DNA from: Cyanophora paradoxa CCMP329
Taxonomy: Eukaryota; Plantae; Glaucophyta
Direction: 5' to 3'
NCBI GenBank assembly: GCA_004431415.1
Contig: QPMI01000117.1
Coordinates: 1 to 64,000, forward strand
DNA: 64,000 nucleotides
The first letter of the stretch is position 1. The number at the start of each line of letters is the position of its first letter. Positions 14,244-25,358 of this stretch are shown here, piece after piece. The notes below the pieces were generated by a model. It was not told the origin of the DNA, did not search any database, and saw nothing but the letters and a program-made list of their open reading frames with translations. The position numbers and the translations under genes were made by a program.

Positions 14244-14605
14244 CGCCCTCCTCTCTAGGAGCAGGAGCGAGAGACCGCGGCGTCTAGGGGAACCCGCCGC
14301 CCCCCCGCCCGTCTGCCCCCCACGCCGGGGGCGCCACCACCTCCTCTGGGGGCACCGTACGCCTCCACCGCCTCTGGGGGTCCCCCCCCTCCTCCTTCTT
14401 CTTCTTCAATCCCCGCCCCCCCGCCCTCGTCTTCTTTTTCTTCTTCGCTTCTCCTGACTTCGTTCGCTCGCTCGCAGGCTGCTGGGGTACGCCGGGTGCG
14501 TGCTGGCGCGGGGCGGGTCGGCGGCGGAGGCGGAGGCGGCGATCCTGGACGCACGCCGCGAGTTCCCGGAGTCCATGCAGCTCACGGTACCCCCGCCCCG
14601 CCCCG

Positions 14606-14643
<38 letters not shown>

Positions 14644-14753
14644 CCCCGCCCGGGTCCCTAGAGAGCGAAAGGGACCCCTGCAAGGCTGGGCCCTGCCTCA
14701 GGGCCTAGTGAAAGATAGGGCCGTCCCGCCCCGCCCAGCGCTCCTGTCGTCGC

Positions 14754-14784
<31 letters not shown>

Positions 14785-15033
14785 TTTGCCGTCCTCTGAC
14801 GCGCCGGCGCCGGCCTCCTCCGACTTCGTTCGCAGGCGGAGATGATGTGGCACCATGCGCTGATGGCGACGGCCCTCGCCCGCCTCGGCCGCCCCGCCGT
14901 GCGCCCCGCCCCGCCCGCCCCGCCCCGCCCCGCCCCGCCCCGCCCCGCCCTGCCTCCACCCCCGCCTAGAATCAAGGCTGCGCCCGTTTGAAGGCTTCGC
15001 CGGTTCCGCCCCTCCCCCCTCTGGCTCCGCCCG

Positions 15034-15071
<38 letters not shown>

Positions 15072-17002
15072 CCCCAAAGAGATGATGGAGGGGACTGCGC
15101 CCCCCCCCCCCCCCCCCCAAACTCAACTTCGTTCGCGCAGGAGGCGCGGGAGGAGGCGGAGCGCGCCATGGACGCCCTCTTCGCCCACCGCTCCGTCTTC
15201 CCCGTCGGCCGCGTGCGCCCGTACCCCCCCCCCCCCCCCCCCCCCCCGTGTTGGGGGCCCTGCGCGGCGCGCCTTTCCGTGGTCCGCGGCCCGCCGCCGA
15301 CGCCTCGCCCCGCAGATGCTCATCTGGTCCTTCGCCACCATTCCGATGGCGCGTACTGCGTACCCCCCTCGCCCCGGCCGGCACCGGAACTGATTCCGGT
15401 GGGGTACAGGTCCAGCTGGTCGAGTTCTACGCCGACCTGATCGAGGGAGCCCGCGCCCCGCGGCCCCCCGAGGGGCGCGACGCCGCAAACCCGGTACCCC
15501 CTCCGAGCAGCGGCCGCATCGCCGCCGCCGCCGCCGCCTCCTCGTCGGCCGCCTCGCCCCCCGCCAAGCCCGCCGTACCCTCCCAGACCGCCATGCTCTC
15601 CCTGCCCACCGCCGCCACGCCGTCCCCCGCCCTCGTACCCTCCACGTCGAACGCGTCGCACGTACCCTCCGCCCTCACGCTCGCCGACGCCGAGGCCCGA
15701 AAGGCGCGGAGCACTGTACCCCCTTCGACTTCTACCCCACCCCGCCTGATTTTCGTACTCCCCTCCCTCAGGTTCTCTCGGCCGGCGTGCCGCCCCACGC
15801 GGCCGACGCGCAGAGCGAATCGGGCGAATCGGAGGCCAGCTCTGCTCGGGTGCGCCTGGTCTCCTGTACCTCCCACGGACGCCCCGGTCGACCCTCCGTT
15901 TCGTTCGCAGCGGTCTCAGCGCGGCGCGCGCTCGGGGTCGCTGCTGACGGTTCTGACGGCGCCCGGGCCCCTCCCGGCGAACCCCTCGCCAGTTGGGGAG
16001 CGCCGGAGGCACAGCCTCGGCGCAGGCATCCGGCCACGCGTCTCCGAGCGGTGCGGAGCGCGCGTACCCCCCGGCCGCTTCCTCCCCCGCCGACGCCGCC
16101 ACGCAGGGGGTCGGTGGACGCGGGCAGCGCCGGCGGCCGGGAGCGGGGCGCGCTGCGCCCTCGGCAACACGCGAGCCGCCGCCGGTCGGCGGAGAGCCGC
16201 CGCCGCTCCACAGAGAGCGGCCACGAATCGAGCGCCGGCGACTCGAACAACGAGGGGGGGAGGTGCGCGCCCGCCCCCGAAAGAAAGCGGAACCCGCCGG
16301 GCTCGAACCCGAACCGACTCTCCGCGCCCGCACTGCGCAGCCGCCGCGGGAGCTTCAACAGCAGCCGCCGCGGCTCGCGCAAGCGATCCTCCGTCGTGCC
16401 CATCTTCCCGCGCGACCCCGCCAAGGTCCGCGTACCCCCCGCCCCCAACGCACACAGCGAACCCCTACCCCCGCCGACGCGGCGTACCCCCCGCAGGTGC
16501 TGGACGAGTGCATCAAGGTGACGCAGGCGGCGGTGCCGAGCAACGCGCTCCTCGGCCCCGTGTGCGAGTGGGCCAAGGGCCGCCGCCTCGCCGCCGAGGC
16601 CGCCGGCGCCCGCACCGGCTGCGCCCAGAGGCGGCTCAGGCGCAGCGCCCTCGAGCGATTCCGCAAGGGCGCCGCCGCCGCGCGGCTCCTGGGCCTCCGC
16701 CCCTGGGAGATGTCCTGCCTCATCCAGGTACCCCCCCCCTCCCCTCCCCTCGTCCCGTACCCTCCCCCTCACGTTCCTTTTTTCTCCCAGGTCGGGTTGC
16801 TGACCGATGACGCGGCGGAGCGGGCGCGGTGCGCGGAGCTGGCGGCAGCCCTCGCCGAGGACATGGACTGTACCCCCGCGGTGCGGAGGGGGGGGTACCG
16901 GGACGCGCGGACGGGTCCGGGGCGCTGACGCGCCGGTCTCTCTCGCAGGCGGTGGAGGCGGCTCGGCGCCTGCGGAGGTCGTCTGCGGCGGCCTCGGGCT
17001 AG
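3216..17002 (+). CDS. ADCY10: Soluble-type (ADCY10/sAC-like) class III adenylyl cyclase: tandem C1-C2 cyclase domains, STAND P-loop NTPase, TPR-like helical repeats; many small exons
   Basis: Hand-spliced motifs. C1: FVPILVARLL (~3265), AACVM|VDISG (3422-3515), VVR|FLGDAILCL (3750-3990), RLHLAMSAG...VVGNPL. C2: FVTELRIVTCVFV (~5000), FFRDDK|G (~5220-5310), SIGVATGRVFAG|LVGDSYRCDYN|VLGDSVNVAAR|LM (5615-6270). Walker A AEAGAG|KS (7375-7485), Walker B VLVVEDLH (~9480), STAND GNP motif ARGNPF (~10075), PDSLERLILSRLDAL (~10525), LLAYHW (~11445). Stop TAG at 17000-17002. Confidence 0.9.
11497..11725. repeat. Intronic tandem duplication, ~100-bp unit, about 2.3 copies, containing (AGCT)n runs
   Basis: ccgccccgcccggcagctagctag...cccagccttcatcccacctttcccgacccaagcccccgcgcctctccctt recurs at ~11500 and ~11600, and partially at ~11696. 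Confidence 0.8.
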
Positions 17003-17959
17003 CCCCGTAGCGCTACCCCCGGCAATTGCAACACCGTACCCCCCCTTTCCTCCCCCGTCCCGCCGTCTCCGTCCTCGAGCAAGTCGTAGCCTAGTAGGCT
17101 TCCCCTGGTATTCTAAAGCAAGTGCGCATGCTTCCGATCGACATTATGCTAGCCGCTGAGCTTACGCTTAAGTAGTATTATAAACATGAGTATGTACTTA
17201 GCTCGTTAGCGTGCATTGAAACGGCGGGACGACGTCGACTCTCGTAAATTTTATAGCTAGAAGAATGACATCTTCTCAGCGTCGACGTCGTTTCCAAGGG
17301 GTTTTTCCTTGAGCTCCTTTTTTCATCGTGTTGATGTATGTGCAGATGTATACAAATAGGCAATGCAATTGATTCGAAAGATCGGGCGCACACACTTCAG
17401 CTTAAAGGAGCGGGGCGCGTACGCCGGCCCGGCGGCGCGCCGCGCGGAGCCGCCGGGTCGACGTCGACGTCGCGGCGATGTCGCTATATATTGATATCGA
17501 CATGTGTACAGCGCTAGTGCCTCGTCCCTGCGTATGCATGCCCGCCACCGTATAGCTTGAGGAGCGATCCATCTGCAAACGCAAGCTTAAGTCGGCGCTG
17601 CAAGCTTAAGCGCGCGGCGCTGCGCGACGCGTACGACGTCTGCGCGAAGACGTCAAGATCAAAGCGGCATCGGTGCGCTAGCGAAGCAGCGCATCCCAGC
17701 ATGTGCAGCAGCAGCCAGCTATAGCTACGCGAAGGGGTTGAAAGCGCCGTCTGTCTGCCAAGGGTACTGGACTCAAGAAGGGGGGGGGGGAAGAGCCTGG
17801 GTAAAGGTCGACCGGGCTTGCCGTTGAGTGCCGGTCGGGGTTTTGCGCGCGTCGGCGGCGGGCCGGCGTGTGCGGGAGGTAGCTATAGTGTAGAGTGGGG
17901 TGTTAGCAGCCTTTTTCGGTGCCGAGATCCAGCGACGACCGGCATTTGGGTGAAGCGCG

Positions 17960-19962
17960 ATGCCGCACAGCGGGGCAATCCCTCCCATCCCGCCTTCGCC
18001 GGCGAGCCAGCTGATGGGAGACTTCACGGCTGGGCTCTCGCTGACGAGCCCTACCGCCGAGCGCTTCCATCTGGCTCGGGTGCGGTCAGAAGCATCCGTC
18101 CCGCACCTGCAGATGCCGGCTGGCGGATTGGCAGAGCGCCGCGATTCCTGTGGCCAGAAGAGGAGATACCAAGCCCCAGCCGACTCCCTCACGCGCACAC
18201 GGACCCTCGCCAGCCTCACGAACCAGCAGCTGCCCCCGCCCGAGGATCTCTTCGCCAAGCCAGCTCCCCGCGCGGCTAAGTGTGGCAGCCCCAAGGAGGG
18301 CACATTCGCCCCTCCGCCCTCAGACGGAGCTGCGGGCTTCGCCATCGCTCGCCGTCGAGTGTCGGCAGGGCGCAGCCGGCAGCCCCCTCCGCCATCCCCC
18401 ATTGCTCAAAGCCCTGTCAACCCGGCTCCGCCACTCGTCGTGTGTTCTCCGATCGAGCCGGCGCCAGCCACGGCTGCGGAAAACAAGGACAAGGAGAACG
18501 TAGACCCGGAGTACTCGGTCCGGCAGCTCTCGTTCGACGACCCAGCGCCGAGGTCGCCTCGCAGCCCCAGCGCAACCTTCAACGGCTCCTTCAGCAGGGG
18601 CTCCCACAGCGGGCGCTTCTCGGTCGACGGGGGCCTGCCCGCCCTGCAAATGAGCTCGTCCCCGGTCCTCCGGCCGCGCGGCTCGCGCTCCAAGATGCCG
18701 CGCCTCTCGGACATGGACGCGCAGAGCGGCCCCGAGCCGATGGCGACCGAAGCGCTCGCCACGGCTCGCTCGGTGCCGGCGTACCTTGGGCGGCCGCCGC
18801 TGCCGGTGCCCGTCCCGTGCCCGTCGCCCGACGCGGACCGCATGGAGCTCGCCGCCGTCAACGTGACCTCCACCTCCATAAGCTCTATGGACGTCAGCAT
18901 GACCAGCGCCGACGGCTGCCCCTTCGAGGTGGCCTCCGTCCTCCCCACCGTCCAGTCCTCCGAGAATCCCGACGTCCGCTGCATCTCCATCGACACGGTC
19001 CGCCCTCCCTTTCCTTCCTGCCTTCCTTTCCCCCTTCTCTTTCCTTCCTTTCTGAGCGAGAGAGCGCCCCGGCGCAGCTCGCGCACCTCATCGAGAACCC
19101 GCTCGAGCACACGAAGGTCCACGTCGTCGACTGCCGGTCCATCCCTTGCCCGCCCGGATCCCCCCTTCCTTCCCTTCTCACGCCCCCGCTCCCTCCCCCC
19201 CTCCGCCCTCCGCGCACGCAGGTACCCCTACGAGTTCGAGGGCGGCCACATCGTCGGCGCCAAGAACTACTGGCTCCCCTCCGACGTGCGCCGGCCTACC
19301 TACCCCCGCTCCGCGCCGCCGCTCCGCTCCGCTCACGGGCGCCGCAGATGGAGGAGCAGCTGTTCCAGCAGCCGCCCGACCAGACGGGCACGGAGACGTG
19401 CATCTGGATCTTCCACTGCGAGTTCTCCTCCAAGCGCGCCCCGCACATGTGCGCCCGCTCCGCCCCGCCCCGCCCCTTTCTTCCGGTCGTGCAAGCCTCA
19501 CGCGCCGCGCCCGCAGGTGGCGCCACATCCGCAAGCTCGACCGCCGCGTCAACACGTACCCCAACCTCTGCTACCCGCAGGCCCGCCCCGCCTCCTCCCC
19601 CTCTGGAACCGCGCGGCCTCTTACGCGGCCCGCCACCCCCTTAGATCTTCGTGGTGGAGGGGGGATACGCCCGCTTCTTCGCGCGCTACCGGGTGCGGGC
19701 CCCGCCGAGCGCGCCCCGGCCGCCCTTGTCCGCGCCCGGCGGCTCACGGCGGCCGCCCCGCCCGGCAGCGCCTGTGCACGCCCCCGGAGTACGTGCCAAT
19801 GAACGTCGACGGGCAGCTGGACCGCCTCAAGCAGCACAAGAGCGAGCTGAAGAAGGCGCGCCGCGCGCCCCGCTGCTTCGATTCCGATCTCACGCTGCCC
19901 CGGCCCTGCAGGCGTACAGCCGCTCCCAGACCAACTACCTCACGCGAAGCGCCAGCATGTGA
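17960..19962 (+). CDS. CDC25: Cdc25 M-phase inducer phosphatase: long Ser/Pro-rich N-terminal regulatory region plus rhodanese-fold catalytic domain; 8 exons
   Basis: Spliced: LPTVQSSENPDVRCISIDT|LAHLIENPLEHTKVHVVDCR|YPYEFEGGHIVGAKNYWLPSD|MEEQLF...WIFHCEFSSKRAPHM|WRHIRKLDRRVNTYPNLCYPQ|IFVVEGGYARFFARYR|RLCTPPEYVPM...LKK|AYSRSQTNYLTRSASM*. DCRYPYEFEGGHI and HCEFSSKR (HCX5R) are Cdc25 signatures. The start codon is the first in-frame ATG of the long ORF and is not proven. Confidence 0.95.
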
Positions 19963-20265
19963 GGCGGGGCGCCGCCCTAGCCCGCCCCGCCCCGCCCCGC
20001 CCTCCTTCGCACTTCTCCTCTCGGCAGTCCTCTTCATGTCCTCTCTCGCACTCCCTCAGCTCCCCAGTCTAGAACGCTCGCAGGCAACGAAAACCTTCAG
20101 TTCAGTTCAACCACCTAACCTATTCCCCCTTCGACGCCCGCCTCGTCGATAGGATCCGGGCCCCCCTTTTTGCGTTGCTTTTTTTTCTACTACTGAGGCG
20201 TCTTTTATGTTTTTAAATCGTAATGCTCGAGAGTGGATTCGCAGCAGCTGCTATCGGGCGGGCGG

Positions 20266-21548
20266 CTAGTCGGAGTCTAGATCGATCACCTCGGTGCCAG
20301 GCGGCGGGGGCTCCTGCGGGGATGCGGCGCGGCGGGGCCCCGCACTGCGCCGGGCGCGCCGCGCGGCGGGCCGATCGAATTCCGCTGCTGTGCCGGGCGG
20401 GGGCGAGTCCCTGGGAGATGGCTCCCGCGCGGGCGGGCGGCGCTGGCCATACGCATGGGGCGGGCGCGTCGCGGCCGGCGCCGCAGGCGCGTGCTGCCCG
20501 CGGGCGCTGAACGTTGGCGCCGCCCCTAGGCCTGCAGCGGACGACGCCGATGCAGACGAGTTCACGACCCGGACGGGGATTCGGAACCTGTGCGGAGGCG
20601 TGAGGAAAGGGCGCGCGCGCGGAGGGGCGTCGGCAGATCTGGGCTTGCTAGCCGCTGGACTCACCTGCCCTGTGGCTGCGTCCCGGCCTGCGGCTGCTGC
20701 GGGCGCGACGGCTGCTGCTGCTGCGGTCCCGGGGCGCCGGCGCCAAACGGGCCCAGGTAGGGCGACGTCGACGAGAACGGGTCGGCCGCGAGGCCGAACG
20801 GCTGCCACGTCGCCGTCCCCCCGGCGGCCAGCGGGCCCATCGCGAAGCCGAACGGGGAGGCTGCGTCCCATCTCAGCGGCCGAGGGCAGGAGCCCGCAGG
20901 GCGAAGGGCGCGGGCGGACCGAAAGGGTGAAGCGGGGCGCCGGCGGGAGCGCGGCGGGCGCGGTGCGCGAGGCCGCCGCCCAGCAGCATCTGGGACTGCA
21001 GGTCCATCATGCCGAACAGAAAGTCCGCCTGCGCGAAGAACGCGTCGAAGATCGCCTGCGCCCGCGCGAAGGCGTCCGCCCCCGCCCGGCCTGCAGATGC
21101 GCCGCGCATCGGAGCCGCGCGCAGCCCGCGGGAGCGCGCGAAGCACCGCTGGGCCCGTATGGCGATGCGTACGCTGACCGCCGCGCCCCAGAGTGCGCAT
21201 CGGCCTCGTCAATTGCGAGGCGCCGGTCGTACTCGGCTCTCCGGCGGTCTGGGGCAGCGTCAGGGTGTCTGTGGCGCTTCTTCAAGGAAAAGATGGGCTT
21301 TTCACCATCGCTCAGCGTCTCGTACGCTTCCGCAAGGCGCTGGAACCGCGCCGTGGCGCTGGCGTCCCCGGGGTTTCGGTCCTGCAGGCGCGAAGCGCGT
21401 GCGCGGCTGGAGGGGCACTCGGCTGCGGCCGCTCAGCGCGCCGCACCGGGTGATGGAGGAGGCTGAGGCGCCTGTACGCGGCGCGGATTTGCGAGAGATC
21501 GGCGTCGCGAGCGACCTCAAGGCACTCGTAGAGCGTGCAGGACGCCAT
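20266..21548 (-). CDS. J-domain (DnaJ/Hsp40 class C-like) protein, copy 1, apparently intact
   Basis: MASCTLYECLEVARDADLSQIRAAYRRLSLLHHP|DRNPGDASATARFQRLAEAYETLSD|DRRRAEYD: a J-domain with the HPD motif split by an intron. It continues through AQAIFDAFF and a G/F/P/Q-rich region and ends ...GTEVIDLDSD*. Confidence 0.88.
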
Positions 21549-21747
21549 AAAGAAGTGCGCGTGGGGCAGCGGAACCGAGTTGCGGCGGCGCACCCGTACC
21601 CCGGCTCGGCAGCTTGGCAGAGCTTGCCCGAGCTCAGCGGCGCAGCGCAGGCGCTTAGAACGTCGCGTAATCGAATACTCATGCCCGTTAGCTAAATCCG
21701 ACGGCCAGCAGGCTGCAGAGTGCGCGCTGGAGCGAGCCCGGAGCGAG
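21549..21747. promoter_or_regulatory. Putative bidirectional promoter between divergent DnaJ and F-box genes (copy 2 at 25170-25358)
   Basis: Only ~200 bp separates the two divergent ATGs (21548 minus, 21748 plus), and the spacer is conserved in the duplicate. Confidence 0.55.
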
Positions 21748-24130
21748 ATGGCGAGCAGCGGCGGCAGCAACGCTGCCGACGCGCCCTCGCAGCCGTGGAA
21801 GGCGCGGCTGTTCGGCTCGGCGACCATCGCCGGTCCGGAGCACAACGGGCCGGCGCACGGCGTGCTGATCGTCTTCCGGGGCGGGCCGCCGAGCACGCGG
21901 GAGGCTCTCGTGCGGAGAGCGAAGGAGGAGGGCCTGATCCGCGACGAGCCGGGCGATGTGGTGGTGGCGCGGTGGCAGCCGCGCCTGGATCGGTTCGACA
22001 TCGTGACGAAGGCGAGCCGCGCTGGAGCGGGGCGCGGCTGCGGGGCGCTGACGCGCTGCGTGGGGCGCAGAACACGCGGTTCGAGTGCGAGGACGAGGAG
22101 CCGTGCTTCGTCCTTGAGCCTCGCGGGGAGAGGCTCTGCGCGAGCACCTACAGGCTCAGGCCGGCGGCGGTGCGCTGGGCTAGGAAGCCGCGCGCCGTGT
22201 CCGCGAGTGGCTGAGAGATCGATGACGCGCAGGAAGCAGCCGGCGTGGGCGGCGGAACGCCCGCTCGAGCTCGAGCTGCGTCTGGCAGCGTGAGCGGAGC
22301 GAAGCGGCCGCGCGAGGACGACGACGAGGAGCGTAGCGAGCCCGAGCCCGAGGAGGAGGTCGCGGCGGGTGGCAGCGCGCTGGAGCAGCTGCCGGACGAT
22401 GTCATTCTGCGTATCATGGAGTTCATGGACGTCGTCGGCGCGTGCCGCATGCGCGCCGCGAGCCGGCGGCTGCGGGCGCTCGTCGCCGGCCGGATGCCGC
22501 CGCTTCGGGAGGCGCTGCTGGACCTGACGGGGTTCACGCAACCGGTGAACGTGATGTATCGACTCCTGCGGCACATGGGGGACGACCCCGACGGGGGCCC
22601 CGAGGTCGCCTGCCTTCTGTCGTCCCCGGAACTCCGCGTCTGCGTGCAAGACGCGACGGAGTTTCTCGAGAGCTACATCGGCGATCTCGTGAAGAGGCGC
22701 GTCGCCCGCGGGGTGCCCCTCAGGTCGCTGCAGCTCAGCGCGCAGGCGGAAATGGAAGCGGAGGCGGCTCGCCGCCTGTTCACCCTCGCCACGTCTGCAT
22801 TCGGCGAGGCCGAAGCCTCGCTGGAAGCCCTACGCTTCGAGCTGGCCGGTCGGCCTCCGTACGATCGCCGGATATACGAGCCGGGCCTCTTCCGCCCCTT
22901 CGCGAAGCTCCGCGCCCTCGCCCTGCCGCACTTCCTCCCCGTCGTCAGCTGGGTGGCCGCTGACATCGCCGCCTCCCTCCCGTCGCTGAAGACGGTGCTC
23001 TCTCCCCCCCCTCCCCCCCTTCCCCCGCCTTCCTCCTCCTTTCCTTCGGTCTTTTGCGCTCACGGCCGGCCGCAGCTCGAGCTGTCCCCCGAAGACGCAC
23101 CCGCCCTCTCCGCCCTGGCGCCCCTGGCCCTGGAGCGGCTCGCGATCTTCGGTCACGCGGAGATCGACGAAGATCTTTCCAAGGGTCTCGCGGACCTCTG
23201 CAAGGGCCCGGCGAGCGCCTCGCTCCGCGTCCTCTCCTTCCGCCCCCCGCCTTCAACCCCGTCTTCCGAGGTGGACCCGTTCGACCCGCCCCCCGCCGTT
23301 ACTCTCTCGGGCTCGGCCGCGCGAGCCATCTCCGGTTTCGCAAATCTCGAGCGGGTCGAGGGGTACATCAGAGTGCGCGCTGCTACCCTTCCTCCCCCCC
23401 CCCCCCCCCCCCCAATCGCCGACCTGACAGGTCGCAGTTCAAGCTAAAGCCGGCGAAACGACAATCGAGATTTCAACGGCGCGCTAACAGTGACAACGAC
23501 GAGCGGCGGCCTTCTGACGCTGTACATGTGGCCAGTCTCGCGCGGATGCCCAAGATGACCTCGCTGCAGGCGCGATCTCCCGCGCGCGCCGCCCTGCGCC
23601 CGATCTCTCAAGGAGCGAGATCGATCGCGCAGGTGCGCCTCGACCTCGAGTGGCGCTCCGCCTGGCGGCACGTGCTCGAGGGCCTGGCCGAGGGCGCCCG
23701 CGCCAACCCCGCCCTCCGCCTCGACCTCTCCTTCTCGGCCCAGCTGCAGGGGCCAGACCCGGAGGACGAGGCGACGGCAGGCGACCCGTCTGGCGCCGTC
23801 GAAGCGCTCATCGAAGCCGCCCCCGACTCGCTCCGCCACGTCGCCTTCGCGTGGCCGGCGCCGCTGCACGGCGGGGTCGCCGCCGCCCTCGCGCGCCTGG
23901 GCCCCGGGACCCGCTCCCTGCGCCTCGCCCACGCCGTGGACTCGCTGCGCGAGCTGCGGGCGTACCGCGCGTTCCAGGGGATGGCGCGCCCCTCGCCGGC
24001 CTTCGCGTTCGGCGTGCATGTGGCGGCGCCAAGGCGTGGCCTCCTGGAGATGGCGCGGGCCGACCTGGAAGTATACCTGCCCCCCTTCGCCACCCGCTCC
24101 TTTTCCCTTATAAGGGCAGAATTGCCTTAG
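21748..24130 (+). CDS. F-box protein with LRR-like C-terminal region, copy 1
   Basis: F-box ALEQLPDDVILRIMEFMDVVGACRMRAASRRLRALV (~22378-22485). LxxLxL repeats follow (LRSLQL, LEALRF, LRALAL, LERLAI, LRVLSF, LRLDLS, TRSLRL). Multi-exon with GT/GC-AG introns; stop TAG at 24128-24130. Confidence 0.85.
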
Positions 24131-24152
24131 TACGGTACTAGTACTTCGTTAC

Positions 24153-25169
24153 TCATTTCTCGCCCTGTTGGCCGGTGCACGTGCACGTGGCTGGCGGGGA
24201 CAAGTGTATGACAATACTTACTACCAAGTCAACTCGATCCGGACTCACTGCGTTGCTACCGTAGTAGTATGGCGCGAGGGGAATGCGCGAGGCGCGCATG
24301 GGGAAAACGTATACGTAGCGCGCAGTGCGGCCGAGCGGGTCCGGGCCCAGGAATTCGAAGTTGAGGGCGACGAGAACGGGTCGGCCGCACGTATATATAC
24401 CCGCGAGCTCGAGGCCGAACGGCTGCCACGTCGCCGTCCCCCCGGCGGCCAGCGGGCCCATCGCGAAGCCGAACGGGGAGGCTGCGTCCCATCTCAGCGG
24501 CCGAGGGCAGGAGCCCGCAGGGCGAAGGGCGCGGGCGGACCGAAAGGGTGAAGCGGGGCGCCGGCGGGAGCGCGGCGGGCGCGGTGCGCGAGGCCGCCGC
24601 CCAGCAGCATCTGGGACTGCAGGTCCATCATGCCGAACAGAAAGTCCGCCTGCGCGAAGAACGCGTCGAAGGTCGCCTGCGCCCGCGCGAAGGCGTCCGC
24701 CCCCGCCCGGCCTGCAGCTGCGCCGCGCATCGGAGCCGCGCGCAGCCCGCGGGAGCGCGCGAAGCACCGCTGGGCCTGTATGGAGATGCGTACGCTGACC
24801 GCCGCGCCCCGGAGCGTGCATCGGCCTCGTCCATTGCGAGGCGCCGGTCGTACTCGGCTCTCCGGCGGTCTGGGGCAGCGTCAGGGGGTTTGTGGCGCTT
24901 GTTCGAGCCAAAAACCGGCTTCTGACCATCGCTCAGCGTCTCGTACGCTTCCGCAAGGCGCTGGAACCGCGCCGTGGCGCTGGCGTCCCCGGGGTTTCGG
25001 TCCTGCAGGCGCGAAGCGCGTGCGCAGCTGGAGGGGCACTCGGCTGCGGCCGCTCAGCGCGCCGCACCGGGTGATGGAGGAGGCTGAGGCGCCTGTACGC
25101 GGCGCGGATTTGCGAGAGATCGGCGTCGCGAGCGACCTCAAGGCACTCGTAGAGCGTGCAGGACGCCAT
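24153..25169 (-). pseudogene. J-domain protein copy 2, 3'-truncated or frameshifted
   Basis: The J-domain is near-identical to copy 1. An insertion at ~24389-24410 shifts frame after QPFGL, and homology ends at ~24368, so the last exons of copy 1 are missing. Confidence 0.7.
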
Positions 25170-25358
25170 AAAGAAGTGCGCGTGCGGCAGCGGAACCGAG
25201 TTGCGGAGGCGCTCCCGTACCCCGGCTCGGTAGCTTGCCCGAGCTCAGCGGCGCAGCGCAGGCGCTTAGAACGTCGCGTAATCGAATACTCATGCCCGTT
25301 AGCTAAAGCCGACGGCCAGCAGGCTGCAGAGTGCGCGCTGGGGCGAGCCCGGAGCGAG

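Noticed and set aside
14200-15250. Poly-C runs read as polyproline ORFs
   Set aside because: They lie within C-rich introns of the cyclase gene, and homopolymer lengths are unreliable.
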